This document shows positions 1-9,080 of a stretch of DNA of 25,114 bases, piece by piece. The notes under the pieces were generated by a model. The model was given only the letters and a program-made list of their open reading frames with translations, ran no database searches and was not told the DNA's origin. Made by a program: the position numbers and the translations under genes. Positions within the stretch are counted from its first letter, which is position 1, and each line of letters starts with the position of its first letter. Source of the DNA: Candidatus Sysuimicrobiota bacterium (GTDB taxonomy: Bacteria; Sysuimicrobiota; Sysuimicrobiia; Sysuimicrobiales; Sysuimicrobiaceae). The DNA lies in NCBI GenBank assembly GCA_040289515.1, contig PSLI01000032.1:1-25114 (forward strand), given 5' to 3'.

Positions 1-64
1 CCCCACCCACCCCCACCACCTTGATGGAGGCGAACCGCCGCAGGTCTCGGTCCAGGTGTGCCAT
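1..64 (-). CDS. ftsZ: Cell division protein FtsZ, N-terminal fragment (runs off the window edge)
   Basis: Minus strand from ATG at 64 reads MAHLDRDLRRFASIKVVGVGG, the FtsZ N-terminal IKVxGVGGG motif. GGAGGGG Shine-Dalgarno upstream; directly follows ftsA. Confidence 0.95.
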   Translation of the reverse strand, partial: MAHLDRDLRRFASIKVVGVGG

Positions 65-109
65 GGTCCCCTCCGTGATGTCGTCGCCGTCGAAGCTTCC
101 GCCCCCTTT

Positions 110-1345
110 TTACTCTCCGTGCAGGACCCCTCGCACCCACGCCCGCAGCCGTCCCCACAGGGCACCGTTGCTTTCCCCGCGGCCGACTGCCCGACCGGGC
201 CGCCGCGCCGCGTACAGCACCAGCCCCACCGCGGTGGCAAACGCCGGGCTGGCCACGGCGTCCGAGAGGCCCACCACCCCGCCCGGGTAGCCCACCCGGG
301 CGGGAAGGGCCAGGCGTTCGGAGGCCAGCTCCGCGAGCCCGTGCAGCAGGGCAGTGCCGCCTGTGAGCACCACGCCCGCGGGCAACCGCCGCGCCAGCTC
401 TGGACGGTGCAGGTGCGAGGCCACCAGGCTCAGGATCTCCTCCACCCGGGGCTGGATGATCTCGCACAGGTGGCGGCGGGGTAGCACCCGCGGGTCCCGC
501 TCGCCCACCCCCACCACCTCCAGCAGCTCCCCCTCGCGGACCGCGTGGACGCTGGCGGACCCATACCGCACCTTGAGCTTTTCCGCCTCGGGCACGGGCG
601 TCCGCAGACCGAAGGCAAGGTCGTGGGTGATGTGGTTGCCGCCCACGGGCAGCACCACCGTGTGCACCAGCCCTCCCGCCCAGAACACGCCGAGGCTGGT
701 GGTGCCGCCCCCCACATCGCACACCGCCACCCCCAGTTCCCGCTCCGCTGGGGACAGTACGGCCTCCGCGGAGGCCAAGGGCTCCAGCACCAGCTCGTCC
801 ACCTCCAGGCCCGCGCGGTGCACGCACTTCACCAGGTTCGCCAGGAAGGTGCTGGTGCCCGTGACGATGTGCGCTTCCACTTCCAGCCGCGTGCCGTACA
901 TGCCCACGGGGTCCCGCACCCCGTCCTGTCCGTCCACCACGAAGCCCCGCGGAAGCAGGTGGATGATCTCCCGGTCGGGGGCCGGGATGGCGGCCAGCCG
1001 CGCTGCCTCCACCACCCGCTCCACGTCCTGCAGGCTGATCTCCCGGTCGCTGCGGCTCACGGCCACCACCCCGCGGCTGTTCTGCGAGGCGATGTGCTCC
1101 CCCGACACGGACAGGTACGCGGAGCGGATGGTCTGGCCCGACATGCGTTCCGCTCGGTCCACGGCCTCCGTCACCGCGCGGGTGGTGGCCTCCAGGTCCG
1201 TCACCACCCCTCGGCGGAGGCCGCTGCACGGGGCGGTACCCACCCCGGCCACGTGGACCTCCCCGTCCTCGTCCACCTCAGCCACCAAAGCGCACACCTT
1301 CGTGGTGCCGATGTCCAGCCCCACCAGGGCACCCTTTTTCGGCAC
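110..1345 (-). CDS. ftsA: Cell division protein FtsA
   Basis: VGLDIGTTKV, DVGGGTT, VGGNHIT and VLTGGTA actin-like ATPase motifs. GTG start at 1345 with GGAGGT SD; the ORF-track extension to 1882 overlaps ftsQ and is rejected. Confidence 0.97.
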   Translation of the reverse strand: MPKKGALVGLDIGTTKVCALVAEVDEDGEVHVAGVGTAPCSGLRRGVVTDLEATTRAVTEAVDRAERMSGQTIRSAYLSVSGEHIASQNSRGVVAVSRSDREISLQDVERVVEAARLAAIPAPDREIIHLLPRGFVVDGQDGVRDPVGMYGTRLEVEAHIVTGTSTFLANLVKCVHRAGLEVDELVLEPLASAEAVLSPAERELGVAVCDVGGGTTSLGVFWAGGLVHTVVLPVGGNHITHDLAFGLRTPVPEAEKLKVRYGSASVHAVREGELLEVVGVGERDPRVLPRRHLCEIIQPRVEEILSLVASHLHRPELARRLPAGVVLTGGTALLHGLAELASERLALPARVGYPGGVVGLSDAVASPAFATAVGLVLYAARRPGRAVGRGESNGALWGRLRAWVRGVLHGE

Positions 1346-1401
1346 CGCGGACCTCCTCGTAAAACCCCGCGCAAGAAAACAGCCGTTGCCTCTGCCAAGC
1401 T

Positions 1402-1428
1402 GTTCTGCGACGCCGCCCCGACTCCTGC
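1402..1428 (-). promoter_or_regulatory. Putative sigma-H-like internal promoter for ftsA-ftsZ
   Basis: Minus strand GCAGGA-N17-GAAC in the 110-bp ftsQ-ftsA gap, matching the Bacillus SigH AGGA-N17-GAAT pattern with one mismatch. Confidence 0.5.
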
Positions 1429-1455
1429 CGAACGTGCAGGGTTGCCGGACGTTCT

Positions 1456-2172
1456 CTATGGGGCCGGCTGCACCACCGCCCACCGGCCGAAGCGGAGATC
1501 TACCACCGCAGGCTGGACACCGCGGGCCCGCAGGGTCCGCACCACCGCCCGCGCGGTGCGCAGGCCCCGCAGCAGCTGCCCTACGGGGCAGCGTACCGCG
1601 AACCCCTCGCGCGTACCCACCACCAGGTCTCCCGTGGGAAGCCACCGCACCCACGCGACCCAGTGACGCTCCGCCTCCGGTAGACTCGCCAGCTCCTCCA
1701 CCACGCGCACGACCTCCTCCGCGGGCACCCGGGAGCCTGGCTGCAACCACGGCACCGAGGGGTGCAAAATCACGGGCAGCTCCTGCGGCTTTCCGGAACG
1801 CTGCAGCACCACGGCCTGAGCGTCCAGAAGAGCTTGCGCACCGTCCGCCAGGCGCAGCACCGAAAAGGGGGTCCGCTCCCATACGCGCACCCGCACCGCA
1901 TCAGGCCACCGCACCTCCACCTGGGCGTCCCGGACGCGCGGGTGGCGAAGCAGCTGGCGGCGCAGAGCCTGCGGGTTCACCGTGGCCAACGGCACGCCCG
2001 GCACCACCCCGGAGGCCTCCAGGAGGGCTGCCACGGGAACCGTCTGCGCCCCTGACACCGCCACCTGCCGCACAGAGAAGGCGTACGAACCGGGTAAGCT
2101 GGCCACCGCGGAGACGGCGCTCGCCGCCGCCCACACCGCCAGCACCTTCCGCCAGGGGTCGTAGGCGTGCAT
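1456..2172 (-). CDS. ftsQ: Cell division protein FtsQ/DivIB
   Basis: N-terminal hydrophobic segment, POTRA-like region (FSVRQVAVSGAQTV...HPRVRDAQVEVRWPDAVRVRVWERTP) and C-terminal VDLRF. Lies between murB and ftsA; ATG at 2172. Confidence 0.88.
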   Translation of the reverse strand: MHAYDPWRKVLAVWAAASAVSAVASLPGSYAFSVRQVAVSGAQTVPVAALLEASGVVPGVPLATVNPQALRRQLLRHPRVRDAQVEVRWPDAVRVRVWERTPFSVLRLADGAQALLDAQAVVLQRSGKPQELPVILHPSVPWLQPGSRVPAEEVVRVVEELASLPEAERHWVAWVRWLPTGDLVVGTREGFAVRCPVGQLLRGLRTARAVVRTLRARGVQPAVVDLRFGRWAVVQPAP

Positions 2173-2174
2173 CC

Positions 2175-3089
2175 TCAAAACTCCCCCACCCGCTGTACTT
2201 CCAGCTCCAGCTCCACCTGGAAGGTGCGCCGCACGCGCTCCCGGATGCGCTCCACCAACCGCAGGACGTCCTCCGCACGGCCGCCTCCGGTGTTCACCAG
2301 GTAGTTGGCGTGCACCGGGGAGACCACCACCCCTCCGCAGCGCATCCCCTTCGCCCCGCACAGCTCGATGAGGCGCCCCGCGGCGTCCCCCGGGGGGTTT
2401 CGGAACACGCAGCCCGAGGAGGGCAAACGCACGGGCTGGGTAGCGTTGCGCTGCTGCAACCACCGCTGTATCTGCCCGACCACCGCCTCGGGGCTGGAAG
2501 CGTGCAGGGCCAGTTCCACCTCCACCACCACGCCCGGCGTGCGCTGCAGGCGGCTTTCGCGGTAGCCGAAGCCCATCTCCTCCGCACGCCACACCTGCTC
2601 GCCCCGCGGGGTCAGCACGTGCACAGCACGTACGAGCTCCGCCAGGCAGTGCCCGTGGGCCCCTGCGTTCATCACCACCCCGCCGCCCGCAGACCCGGGG
2701 ATCCCCGCAGCGAACTCCAGCCCCGCCAGACCCCGCCCCGCCGCGCGGAAGGACAGGCGTGGCAGAGGACAGCCCGCTTCCGCCACCACCCGTTCGCCGT
2801 CCCACCGCACCCGGTCCACCCCCGCGCCCACCTTCACCACCACGCCCCGCACGCCACGGTCCGACACCAGCACGTTGGAGCCGCGTCCCAGCACCACGAA
2901 GGGCTCCCCCGCCTCGTACAGCCACCCCACCACCGCCCGCAGCTCCCGCGCGCTGCGCGGGGTTGCCAGGATGTCCGCGGGCCCGCCGATGCGAAAGGTG
3001 GTATGCCGCCGCAGGGGCTCGTCCCGCCGCACGTCCCGGCACAGCTCCCCCAGCCGGTGCACGAGCCGCTCCAGCCGCACGGCGGTCAC
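2175..3089 (-). CDS. murB: UDP-N-acetylenolpyruvoylglucosamine reductase
   Basis: HTTFRIGGPA, GRGSNVL, GIPGSAGG, MNAGA, FGYRES, SSGCVFRNP and HANYLVN motifs. GTG start overlaps the murC stop (GTGA). Confidence 0.97.
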   Translation of the reverse strand: MTAVRLERLVHRLGELCRDVRRDEPLRRHTTFRIGGPADILATPRSARELRAVVGWLYEAGEPFVVLGRGSNVLVSDRGVRGVVVKVGAGVDRVRWDGERVVAEAGCPLPRLSFRAAGRGLAGLEFAAGIPGSAGGGVVMNAGAHGHCLAELVRAVHVLTPRGEQVWRAEEMGFGYRESRLQRTPGVVVEVELALHASSPEAVVGQIQRWLQQRNATQPVRLPSSGCVFRNPPGDAAGRLIELCGAKGMRCGGVVVSPVHANYLVNTGGGRAEDVLRLVERIRERVRRTFQVELELEVQRVGEF

Positions 3090-4432
3090 CGCGGCACCTC
3101 CCGGGCCAGATGCTCGGCTACCCGCCACACGTCCCCCGCGCCCAGGGTGATCACCACGTCCTGTGGGCCCACCAGGGCCTGCAGGAGGGCCGCCGCGTCC
3201 TCCAGCTCCCGCACCCAACGCACCCGAGGGTGGTTCAGATGGTCCGCGATGAGCTTCCCGCTCACCCCGGGCTGCGGGGGCTCGTCCGCGGGGTACAGCT
3301 CCGTCACCACCACCTCATCCGCGTCCGCGAAGGCGTCCGCGTACTGCAGGTACGTGGTCCGGGTCCGGGAGTACCGGTGCGGCTGGAACACAGCCACCAC
3401 CCGGCGGTTCGGCCACGCCTCCCGCACCGCGCGCAGCGCTGCCTGAACCTTGACGGGGTTGTGCGCGTAGTCGTCCACCACCACGGGGGACGTGGCGTAC
3501 ACCTCAAAGCGTCGCCGCACACCCCGAAAGCGTTCCAGGGCTTCCCGCAGGGCGTCGAAGTCCCCTGCCCACTCCAGCCCCACGGCTAGGGCCGCGGTGG
3601 CGTTGGCCACGTTGTGGCGGCCCGGCAGGGCCAGACGTACTTCGCCCACCTCCCGGCCGTGGCGGTACAGGACGAAGCGCGAGCCGGTCGGGTGCACTCC
3701 CACCACGCGCCCGCGGTACGCGCCTGCCTCCAGCCCGTAGGTGACCACCCGCCCAGGCGCGTGGGGTTGGAGCCTGCAGGCGTTGGGGCAGTCCGCACAC
3801 AACACCACCAGCCCTTTGGGATCGGTGGCAGCCACGAAATGCGCGAAGGTACCCACCAGGGCCTCCAGGTGCCGGTAGTGGTCCGCGTGGTCCGTGAGGT
3901 CCAGGCTTGTTACCACCGCGTTGCGCACGCGCACCTGGACCAGGGATCCGTCACTTTCGTCCACCTCGGCCACCGCCACTCCGCTGCCGACCCGGGCACC
4001 GCCGCCGAACTGCCGCACCTCGCCGCCCACCAGGGCCGTGGGGTCCAAGCCCGCGGCCTCCAGCACCACGCTCAGCATGGCGGTGGTGGTGGTCTTCCCG
4101 TGGGTGCCCGCCACGCCCACCGAGTCCGGCTCCGCCGCGAGGACCTCGGCCAGCAGCTCCGCCCGGTGCAGCACGGGGATGCCGCGCTTTCGCGCGGCGC
4201 CCAGCTCGGGCTCGTCCGTTGGTACCGCCCTGGACACCACCACCCGCTGTGCCTGCCGCACGTGATCCGGGTGATGTCCCTCCCAGACGTCCACACCCAG
4301 GCGGCGCAGGCGCTGCAGGGCGGGCCCGTCCCGCAGGTCGCAACCGGACACCCGCCAGCCGCGCCGGGCACACACCTCCACCAGGGGGTTCATCCCCGCA
4401 CCCCCCGCGCCCACGAAGTGCAGCTCACCCAC
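3086..4432 (-). CDS. murC: UDP-N-acetylmuramate--L-alanine ligase
   Basis: HFVGAGGAGM, GTHGKTTT, EVDESDGS, DDYAHNP and FQPHRYSRT motifs. Confidence 0.96.
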   Translation of the reverse strand: MGELHFVGAGGAGMNPLVEVCARRGWRVSGCDLRDGPALQRLRRLGVDVWEGHHPDHVRQAQRVVVSRAVPTDEPELGAARKRGIPVLHRAELLAEVLAAEPDSVGVAGTHGKTTTTAMLSVVLEAAGLDPTALVGGEVRQFGGGARVGSGVAVAEVDESDGSLVQVRVRNAVVTSLDLTDHADHYRHLEALVGTFAHFVAATDPKGLVVLCADCPNACRLQPHAPGRVVTYGLEAGAYRGRVVGVHPTGSRFVLYRHGREVGEVRLALPGRHNVANATAALAVGLEWAGDFDALREALERFRGVRRRFEVYATSPVVVDDYAHNPVKVQAALRAVREAWPNRRVVAVFQPHRYSRTRTTYLQYADAFADADEVVVTELYPADEPPQPGVSGKLIADHLNHPRVRWVRELEDAAALLQALVGPQDVVITLGAGDVWRVAEHLAREVPR

Positions 4433-5513
4433 CGCTTGCCTCCCGTGCTGCCTGCCGCACCTGCTCCCACACCGCCGCGGCCGCGTCGGGCCGGCCCAAG
4501 GCCCGGGCCGCCTCCGCCATCCTCCGAAGCCGGGCTGGGTCGTCCGCTAGCTCCCGCACCACCTGTGCCAAGCGCTCGCCCAGGCCCTCTCCTTCCTCCA
4601 ACACCACCGCAGCACCCGCTTCCGCCAGGGCCCGCGCGTTGTGCAGCTGGTGGCCTCCGGCCAGGCGCAGGGGCACCAGGATCGCGGGCAGGCCCGCGGT
4701 CAGCAGCTCGGCGCAGGTCATCGCCCCCGCCCGTGCCACCACGAGATGGCTAGCCGCGTACGCATCGCCGATCGGGTCCAGGTAATCCACGGTGCGGTAC
4801 AGGAGCATGCCGCCGGTCAGCTCGTCCCGGACGCCTGCCCGCCACCGGCCCGTGGCGTGCAGCACCTGAAGGTCCGGGCGGTGCTGCAGGATCCCCACAG
4901 CTTCCTGGACGGCCTGGTTCAGGGCCCGCGCACCCTGGCTGCCGCCCACCACCAGCACGGTGAACCGGTGCGAATCCAGGCCGTAGCGGGCACGGGCACG
5001 CTGCGGCTGCCCGGACAAAGCGGCGCGCCGGATGGGTGCTCCCGTCCACACCGCACGGCCGCGGAAGGCGCTCGCGGTCTGGGCGAAGCCCACACACACG
5101 GCACGCGCCCGCCCCGCGAGGGCCAGGGTGGCTCGCCCCGGCACCGCGTTGGGTTCCACCAGCACCACGGGGATCCCCAAGTCCGTCGCCGCCCGCGCGG
5201 CTGGGTAGCCCGCGTAACCCGCTGTGGACACCAGCGCCTGAGGCCTCAGGGACCGCAGCAGCCTGCGGGCCTGCAGCACGCCGCGTAGGATGCGCGCCAG
5301 GTTCCGGGCCGCCGCCACGGGGCCTTTGCCCACCACACCGCCGCACGGCACGCGGTGGAACCGGATTCCGTACGCAACCACCACGGACGCCTCCATCCCC
5401 TCGCCGCCAATGAACTCGAACGTGGCGTCCTCCGCACCGGCCTCCGCCACCGCCAGCAGGGGGTACACATGACCCCCGGTACCCCCGCCCGTGAGCACCA
5501 CGCGCCACCTCAT
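4425..5513 (-). CDS. murG: Undecaprenyl-PP-MurNAc-pentapeptide GlcNAc transferase
   Basis: GGGTGGHVYP, GGSQGA, RAGAMT and HQLHNA motifs. ATG at 5513 overlaps the ftsW stop. Confidence 0.96.
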   Translation of the reverse strand: MRWRVVLTGGGTGGHVYPLLAVAEAGAEDATFEFIGGEGMEASVVVAYGIRFHRVPCGGVVGKGPVAAARNLARILRGVLQARRLLRSLRPQALVSTAGYAGYPAARAATDLGIPVVLVEPNAVPGRATLALAGRARAVCVGFAQTASAFRGRAVWTGAPIRRAALSGQPQRARARYGLDSHRFTVLVVGGSQGARALNQAVQEAVGILQHRPDLQVLHATGRWRAGVRDELTGGMLLYRTVDYLDPIGDAYAASHLVVARAGAMTCAELLTAGLPAILVPLRLAGGHQLHNARALAEAGAAVVLEEGEGLGERLAQVVRELADDPARLRRMAEAARALGRPDAAAAVWEQVRQAAREASGG

Positions 5514-6679
5514 CCCGCGCTCCCGAAAGGGAGGCGCGCGAACGTATCCGCACGGCGCGGTGTCCGCGCGTATTGGGACACATTCAGGCAGACGCCCGAA
5601 GCTGCCATGAGCACCACCAAGGAGGATCCCCCGAAGCTCACGAAGGGGAGGGGGACGCCGGTGACGGGCAACATCCCCGTGGCGACCCCCATGTTCATCA
5701 CCGTCTGCCCAGCGACCCACGCGCCCAGGCCCGCGGCCAGCAGCGCCCCGTAACGGTCCGGGGCCCGAAAAGCAACCCGGTACACCCGCGCCACGAACAC
5801 CGCATACAGTCCCACCAGCAGCGCCACCCCCAGGAGGCCCAGCTCCTCCACCAGGATGGCGAAGATGAAGTCCGTGTGCCGCTCGGGCAGGTAGAAGAAC
5901 TTCTGGCGGCTCTGGCCCAGCCCCACGCCCCAGAGCCCTCCGGAGGCCACCGCCACCAGGGACTGGATGACGTGGAAGCCGCTGCCCTGGGCGTCCCGCC
6001 AGGGGTCCAGGAAGGCCAGGATCCGGTCCCGGCGGTACGCTTCCGCCAGCGCGGCCCACGCGGCCACGGGGACCGCCACCACCGTAAGCCCCGCCAGGTG
6101 CAGCAACCGCGCGCCCGCGCAGAACAGCATCACTCCCGTGATCCCCACCAGCACCGCGGCGCTGCCCATGTCCGGCTGGCGCAGCAGGAGGCCGGCCAGA
6201 GCCGCCGTGAAAGCCAGGGGCGGGGCGAGCCCCCGCACCAGGTGCCGCACCCGGTCTTGGCGGTTGTCCAGGAAGTGGGCCAGGTACAGCACCAGGCTGA
6301 ACTTCCCCAGCTCCACCGGCTGGAAGCTCAGCGGCCCGAGGGTGATCCACCGGCGCGCTCCGCCCGCCACCTGGCCGACCCCGGGCACCAGCACCGCAGC
6401 CACGAGGGCTATGGATGCCAACAAAAGCGGTGACGCGAGGCCCCGCCACACGGAGTAGTGCAGCCGGGAGGTCAAAACCATGGACCCACAGCCCAAGGCG
6501 AACCATACGAGCTGCCGCTTGAGGAAGAAGGCAGCGTCCCCGAACCGTTCGAAGGCGGCCACGGAGCTGGCGCTGTACACCATGACCAGCCCCACGCCAC
6601 ACAGGCCGAGCACGCCGGCCACCAGCCAGCCGTCCGGCGGACCGCGGCGGATTTCCTGGGGCGGGGACGGACGGGTCAC
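5510..6679 (-). CDS. ftsW: SEDS-family peptidoglycan glycosyltransferase FtsW
   Basis: Polytopic membrane protein with MVYSAS, GARRWI, FQPVELGK, QPDMG, LPERHTDFIF and GVPLPFVSFGGSS motifs. Confidence 0.96.
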   Translation of the reverse strand: MTRPSPPQEIRRGPPDGWLVAGVLGLCGVGLVMVYSASSVAAFERFGDAAFFLKRQLVWFALGCGSMVLTSRLHYSVWRGLASPLLLASIALVAAVLVPGVGQVAGGARRWITLGPLSFQPVELGKFSLVLYLAHFLDNRQDRVRHLVRGLAPPLAFTAALAGLLLRQPDMGSAAVLVGITGVMLFCAGARLLHLAGLTVVAVPVAAWAALAEAYRRDRILAFLDPWRDAQGSGFHVIQSLVAVASGGLWGVGLGQSRQKFFYLPERHTDFIFAILVEELGLLGVALLVGLYAVFVARVYRVAFRAPDRYGALLAAGLGAWVAGQTVMNMGVATGMLPVTGVPLPFVSFGGSSLVVLMAASGVCLNVSQYARTPRRADTFARLPFGSAG

Positions 6680-8127
6680 CCGGCCTGCCTTCCGTGTTGC
6701 GCCACCAGGGCGGCGAACACCTCCGCCCGTTCCTGGTAGTCCGCGAACTGGTCAAAGGACTCGCAGCCGGGCGACAGGAGCACCGCCTCCCCGGGCCTCG
6801 CCAGCTGCACCGCCCGCCGGAAGGCCTGTGCCAGGGTGCGGCAGTCCACCACTTCCGCGGGCAGCCCCCTCAGGGCCTCCCGCAGAACGGGGGCACACTC
6901 CCCGATCAGGTACACGGCCCGCGCGGGGCTTGCCGCAAGCGCCTCCCGCAGGAGACGGAAGTCCCCTGGGGTGGCGTGCGGCCTGCGGCCTCCCGCAATG
7001 AGGACAAAAGGACGCTCCATGGCGCTGACCGCGGCCGCCGCGGAGGCAGGGTTGGTGGCCAGGGAGTCCTCGTAGAACCGCACCCCGCCCACCTCGTCCA
7101 CCAGCCACAGGCGGTGCGGTAGACCCCGAAACTCCCGCAGCACGGACGCCATGGCGTCCACGGTGGCGCCACAGACCGCTGCCGCCGCGCACGCCGCCAA
7201 AGCGTTGGACGTTGCGTGGGCGCCCGGTGCGGGCAACTCCGCGCGCGGCAGGACCCGGTGCTGGCCCCAGCAGATCCAGTCACCGTTCAGCCAGGCACCC
7301 TCCCGGGCGTGTTGGCCGAAGGGCACCACCCGGGAGGGCGCACCCTGGGCCAGGGACCACGCGACGGGATCGTCCGCGTTGACCACCCGCACGTCCTCGG
7401 GCCCCTGGTGCTGGAAGATCCGCGCCTTGCACCGGGCGTACGCCTCGAAGCTGCCGTGGTCATCCAGGTGGTGGGGCGTGACGTTGGTAAGCACCGCCAC
7501 GGGGGGACTGCGCCAGGTCCCCAGCAGCTGGCGGTTGCTGATCTCCAGCACCAAGCGGTCCTCCGCAGTGAGCTGGTGCAGAACGTACAGGGCGGGCACA
7601 TGGGTGCGGTCGTTGCCGCTGGCGTACGCCCGCAGACCCGAGGACTCCAGCATGCGCTGGACGAGGGTGACCACGGTAAACTTGCCGTTGGTGCCCGTGA
7701 CCCCCACCACAGGGCAGGGCGCCAGCTCGAGCACCAGCTGGGTGAGGCTGTGGGGCCGCAGGCCGCAGGCCAGCCGGTGCCAGAGGGGCTCGTTCTCCCG
7801 CCGCCGGAACCAGGCCTGGGGTAGGAACACCACCTGCGCCCCTTCGATCCCCTTCAGGTAGCTGGGCCGCCAGCGGACGGGCTGGGCGAGCCACCACCGC
7901 ACCCGCCGCTCGCGTTCTTCTGGGTCCATCCACGGGTGGGTACGGTGGAAGGTCTGCGGGAACTCCTCCGGGGTGGTGAGATCGTGGCAGACGGGTTCGA
8001 TCCCCTGCGCCAGGAGGAACTCCGCCACCGCGGAGCCCTCGGTGCCGCTGATGCCCAGCACGTGCACCCTTAGGCCCCGCAGGGCCTCTACCGCGGGGTG
8101 GTCCACCCGTGCAGGCATCCACTCCAC
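6676..8127 (-). CDS. murD: UDP-MurNAc-L-Ala--glutamate ligase (divergent MurD)
   Basis: Canonical dcw position between mraY and ftsW. GVTGTNGK P-loop, FRGLPHRL and LLSPGCESFDQF motifs. Several conserved motifs are altered (see findings). Start is GTG 8127 or ATG 8118. Confidence 0.88.
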   Translation of the reverse strand: MEWMPARVDHPAVEALRGLRVHVLGISGTEGSAVAEFLLAQGIEPVCHDLTTPEEFPQTFHRTHPWMDPEERERRVRWWLAQPVRWRPSYLKGIEGAQVVFLPQAWFRRRENEPLWHRLACGLRPHSLTQLVLELAPCPVVGVTGTNGKFTVVTLVQRMLESSGLRAYASGNDRTHVPALYVLHQLTAEDRLVLEISNRQLLGTWRSPPVAVLTNVTPHHLDDHGSFEAYARCKARIFQHQGPEDVRVVNADDPVAWSLAQGAPSRVVPFGQHAREGAWLNGDWICWGQHRVLPRAELPAPGAHATSNALAACAAAAVCGATVDAMASVLREFRGLPHRLWLVDEVGGVRFYEDSLATNPASAAAAVSAMERPFVLIAGGRRPHATPGDFRLLREALAASPARAVYLIGECAPVLREALRGLPAEVVDCRTLAQAFRRAVQLARPGEAVLLSPGCESFDQFADYQERAEVFAALVAQHGRQAG

Positions 8128-8129
8128 GC

Positions 8130-9080
8130 TTACACCACCGCCAAGCCTGCCAGGGCCGCCAGCGCGCCAGCCAGCCAGAAGCGCGTCACGATCTTCGGCT
8201 CCTCCCAGCCCACCAGCTCGAAGTGGTGGTGCAGGGGCGAGCTGCGGAGCACCCGGCAGCCGCCCGTAAGCTTGAAGGCAACCACCTGGACCACCACGGA
8301 AGCCGCCTCCACCACAAACACCACGCCCACCACAAACAGCAACACCTCCGTCCGGGTGAGCAGGGCTACCGCTCCCAGGGCAGCACCCAGGGCCTGCGAT
8401 CCCACGTCGCCCATGATGACCTCCGCGGGGTGAGCGTTGAACCACAGAAACCCCAGACAGCTCCCAGCTACGGCGGCCGCGAAGGCCGCGAGGTCCGGCT
8501 GGCCCACCCGCAGCGCCACCGCGGCGTAGCTAGCCAAGGCCAAGGCCACGCATCCGGCAGCCAGGCCGTCCAGGCCGTCCGTGAGGTTCACCCCGTTGGT
8601 GAACCCCACCAGGAAAAGGGCGGCAAAGCCCAGGTAGGCCCAACCCAGGTCCCAGGCCCCGCCCCATGGCAGCCACAGGCTGCGCGCCAGCGGACTACTC
8701 TGGGCCGCGTACCACCCCAGGGCGAGCGCTACGGGGACCTGAAAGGCCAGTTTCTCCCTGGCTCGCAGCCCGAGGTTGCGGCCCCGGCGCAGGCTCAACC
8801 AGTCGTCGGCTAGGCCCACCACGGCGTACGCCACCACGGTGAGGACGGCCACCACCACCTGGGGAGTCCACGGGGACCTGGGTACAAGCCCCACAAGCGA
8901 TCCCCCCAGGATGGCCAGCCCGCCCAAGGTGGGGGTTCCCGACTTGAGCCGGTGCCGCGGGGGCGCGTCCTCCCGGATCGGCTGTGGTGCGACCCGGCGC
9001 AGCCACGGCAGCAGAATCCTCACCAGGGCCGCGCTGGCCCCGGCGGCCAGTACCACGCTCCACACCACGCGCTCGGTCAC
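8130..9080 (-). CDS. mraY: Phospho-N-acetylmuramoyl-pentapeptide transferase
   Basis: KSGTPTLGG, GLADD, NGVNLTDGLDGLA, MGDVGS and PLHHHFEL motifs. GTG start overlaps the murF stop. Confidence 0.96.
   Translation of the reverse strand: MTERVVWSVVLAAGASAALVRILLPWLRRVAPQPIREDAPPRHRLKSGTPTLGGLAILGGSLVGLVPRSPWTPQVVVAVLTVVAYAVVGLADDWLSLRRGRNLGLRAREKLAFQVPVALALGWYAAQSSPLARSLWLPWGGAWDLGWAYLGFAALFLVGFTNGVNLTDGLDGLAAGCVALALASYAAVALRVGQPDLAAFAAAVAGSCLGFLWFNAHPAEVIMGDVGSQALGAALGAVALLTRTEVLLFVVGVVFVVEAASVVVQVVAFKLTGGCRVLRSSPLHHHFELVGWEEPKIVTRFWLAGALAALAGLAVV

Noticed and set aside
354..3446. 1030-aa plus-strand ORF and many other long Pro/Arg/Ala-rich ORFs over the dcw genes
   Set aside because: Low-complexity off-frame translations with no recognisable motifs, fully overlapping well-supported genes.
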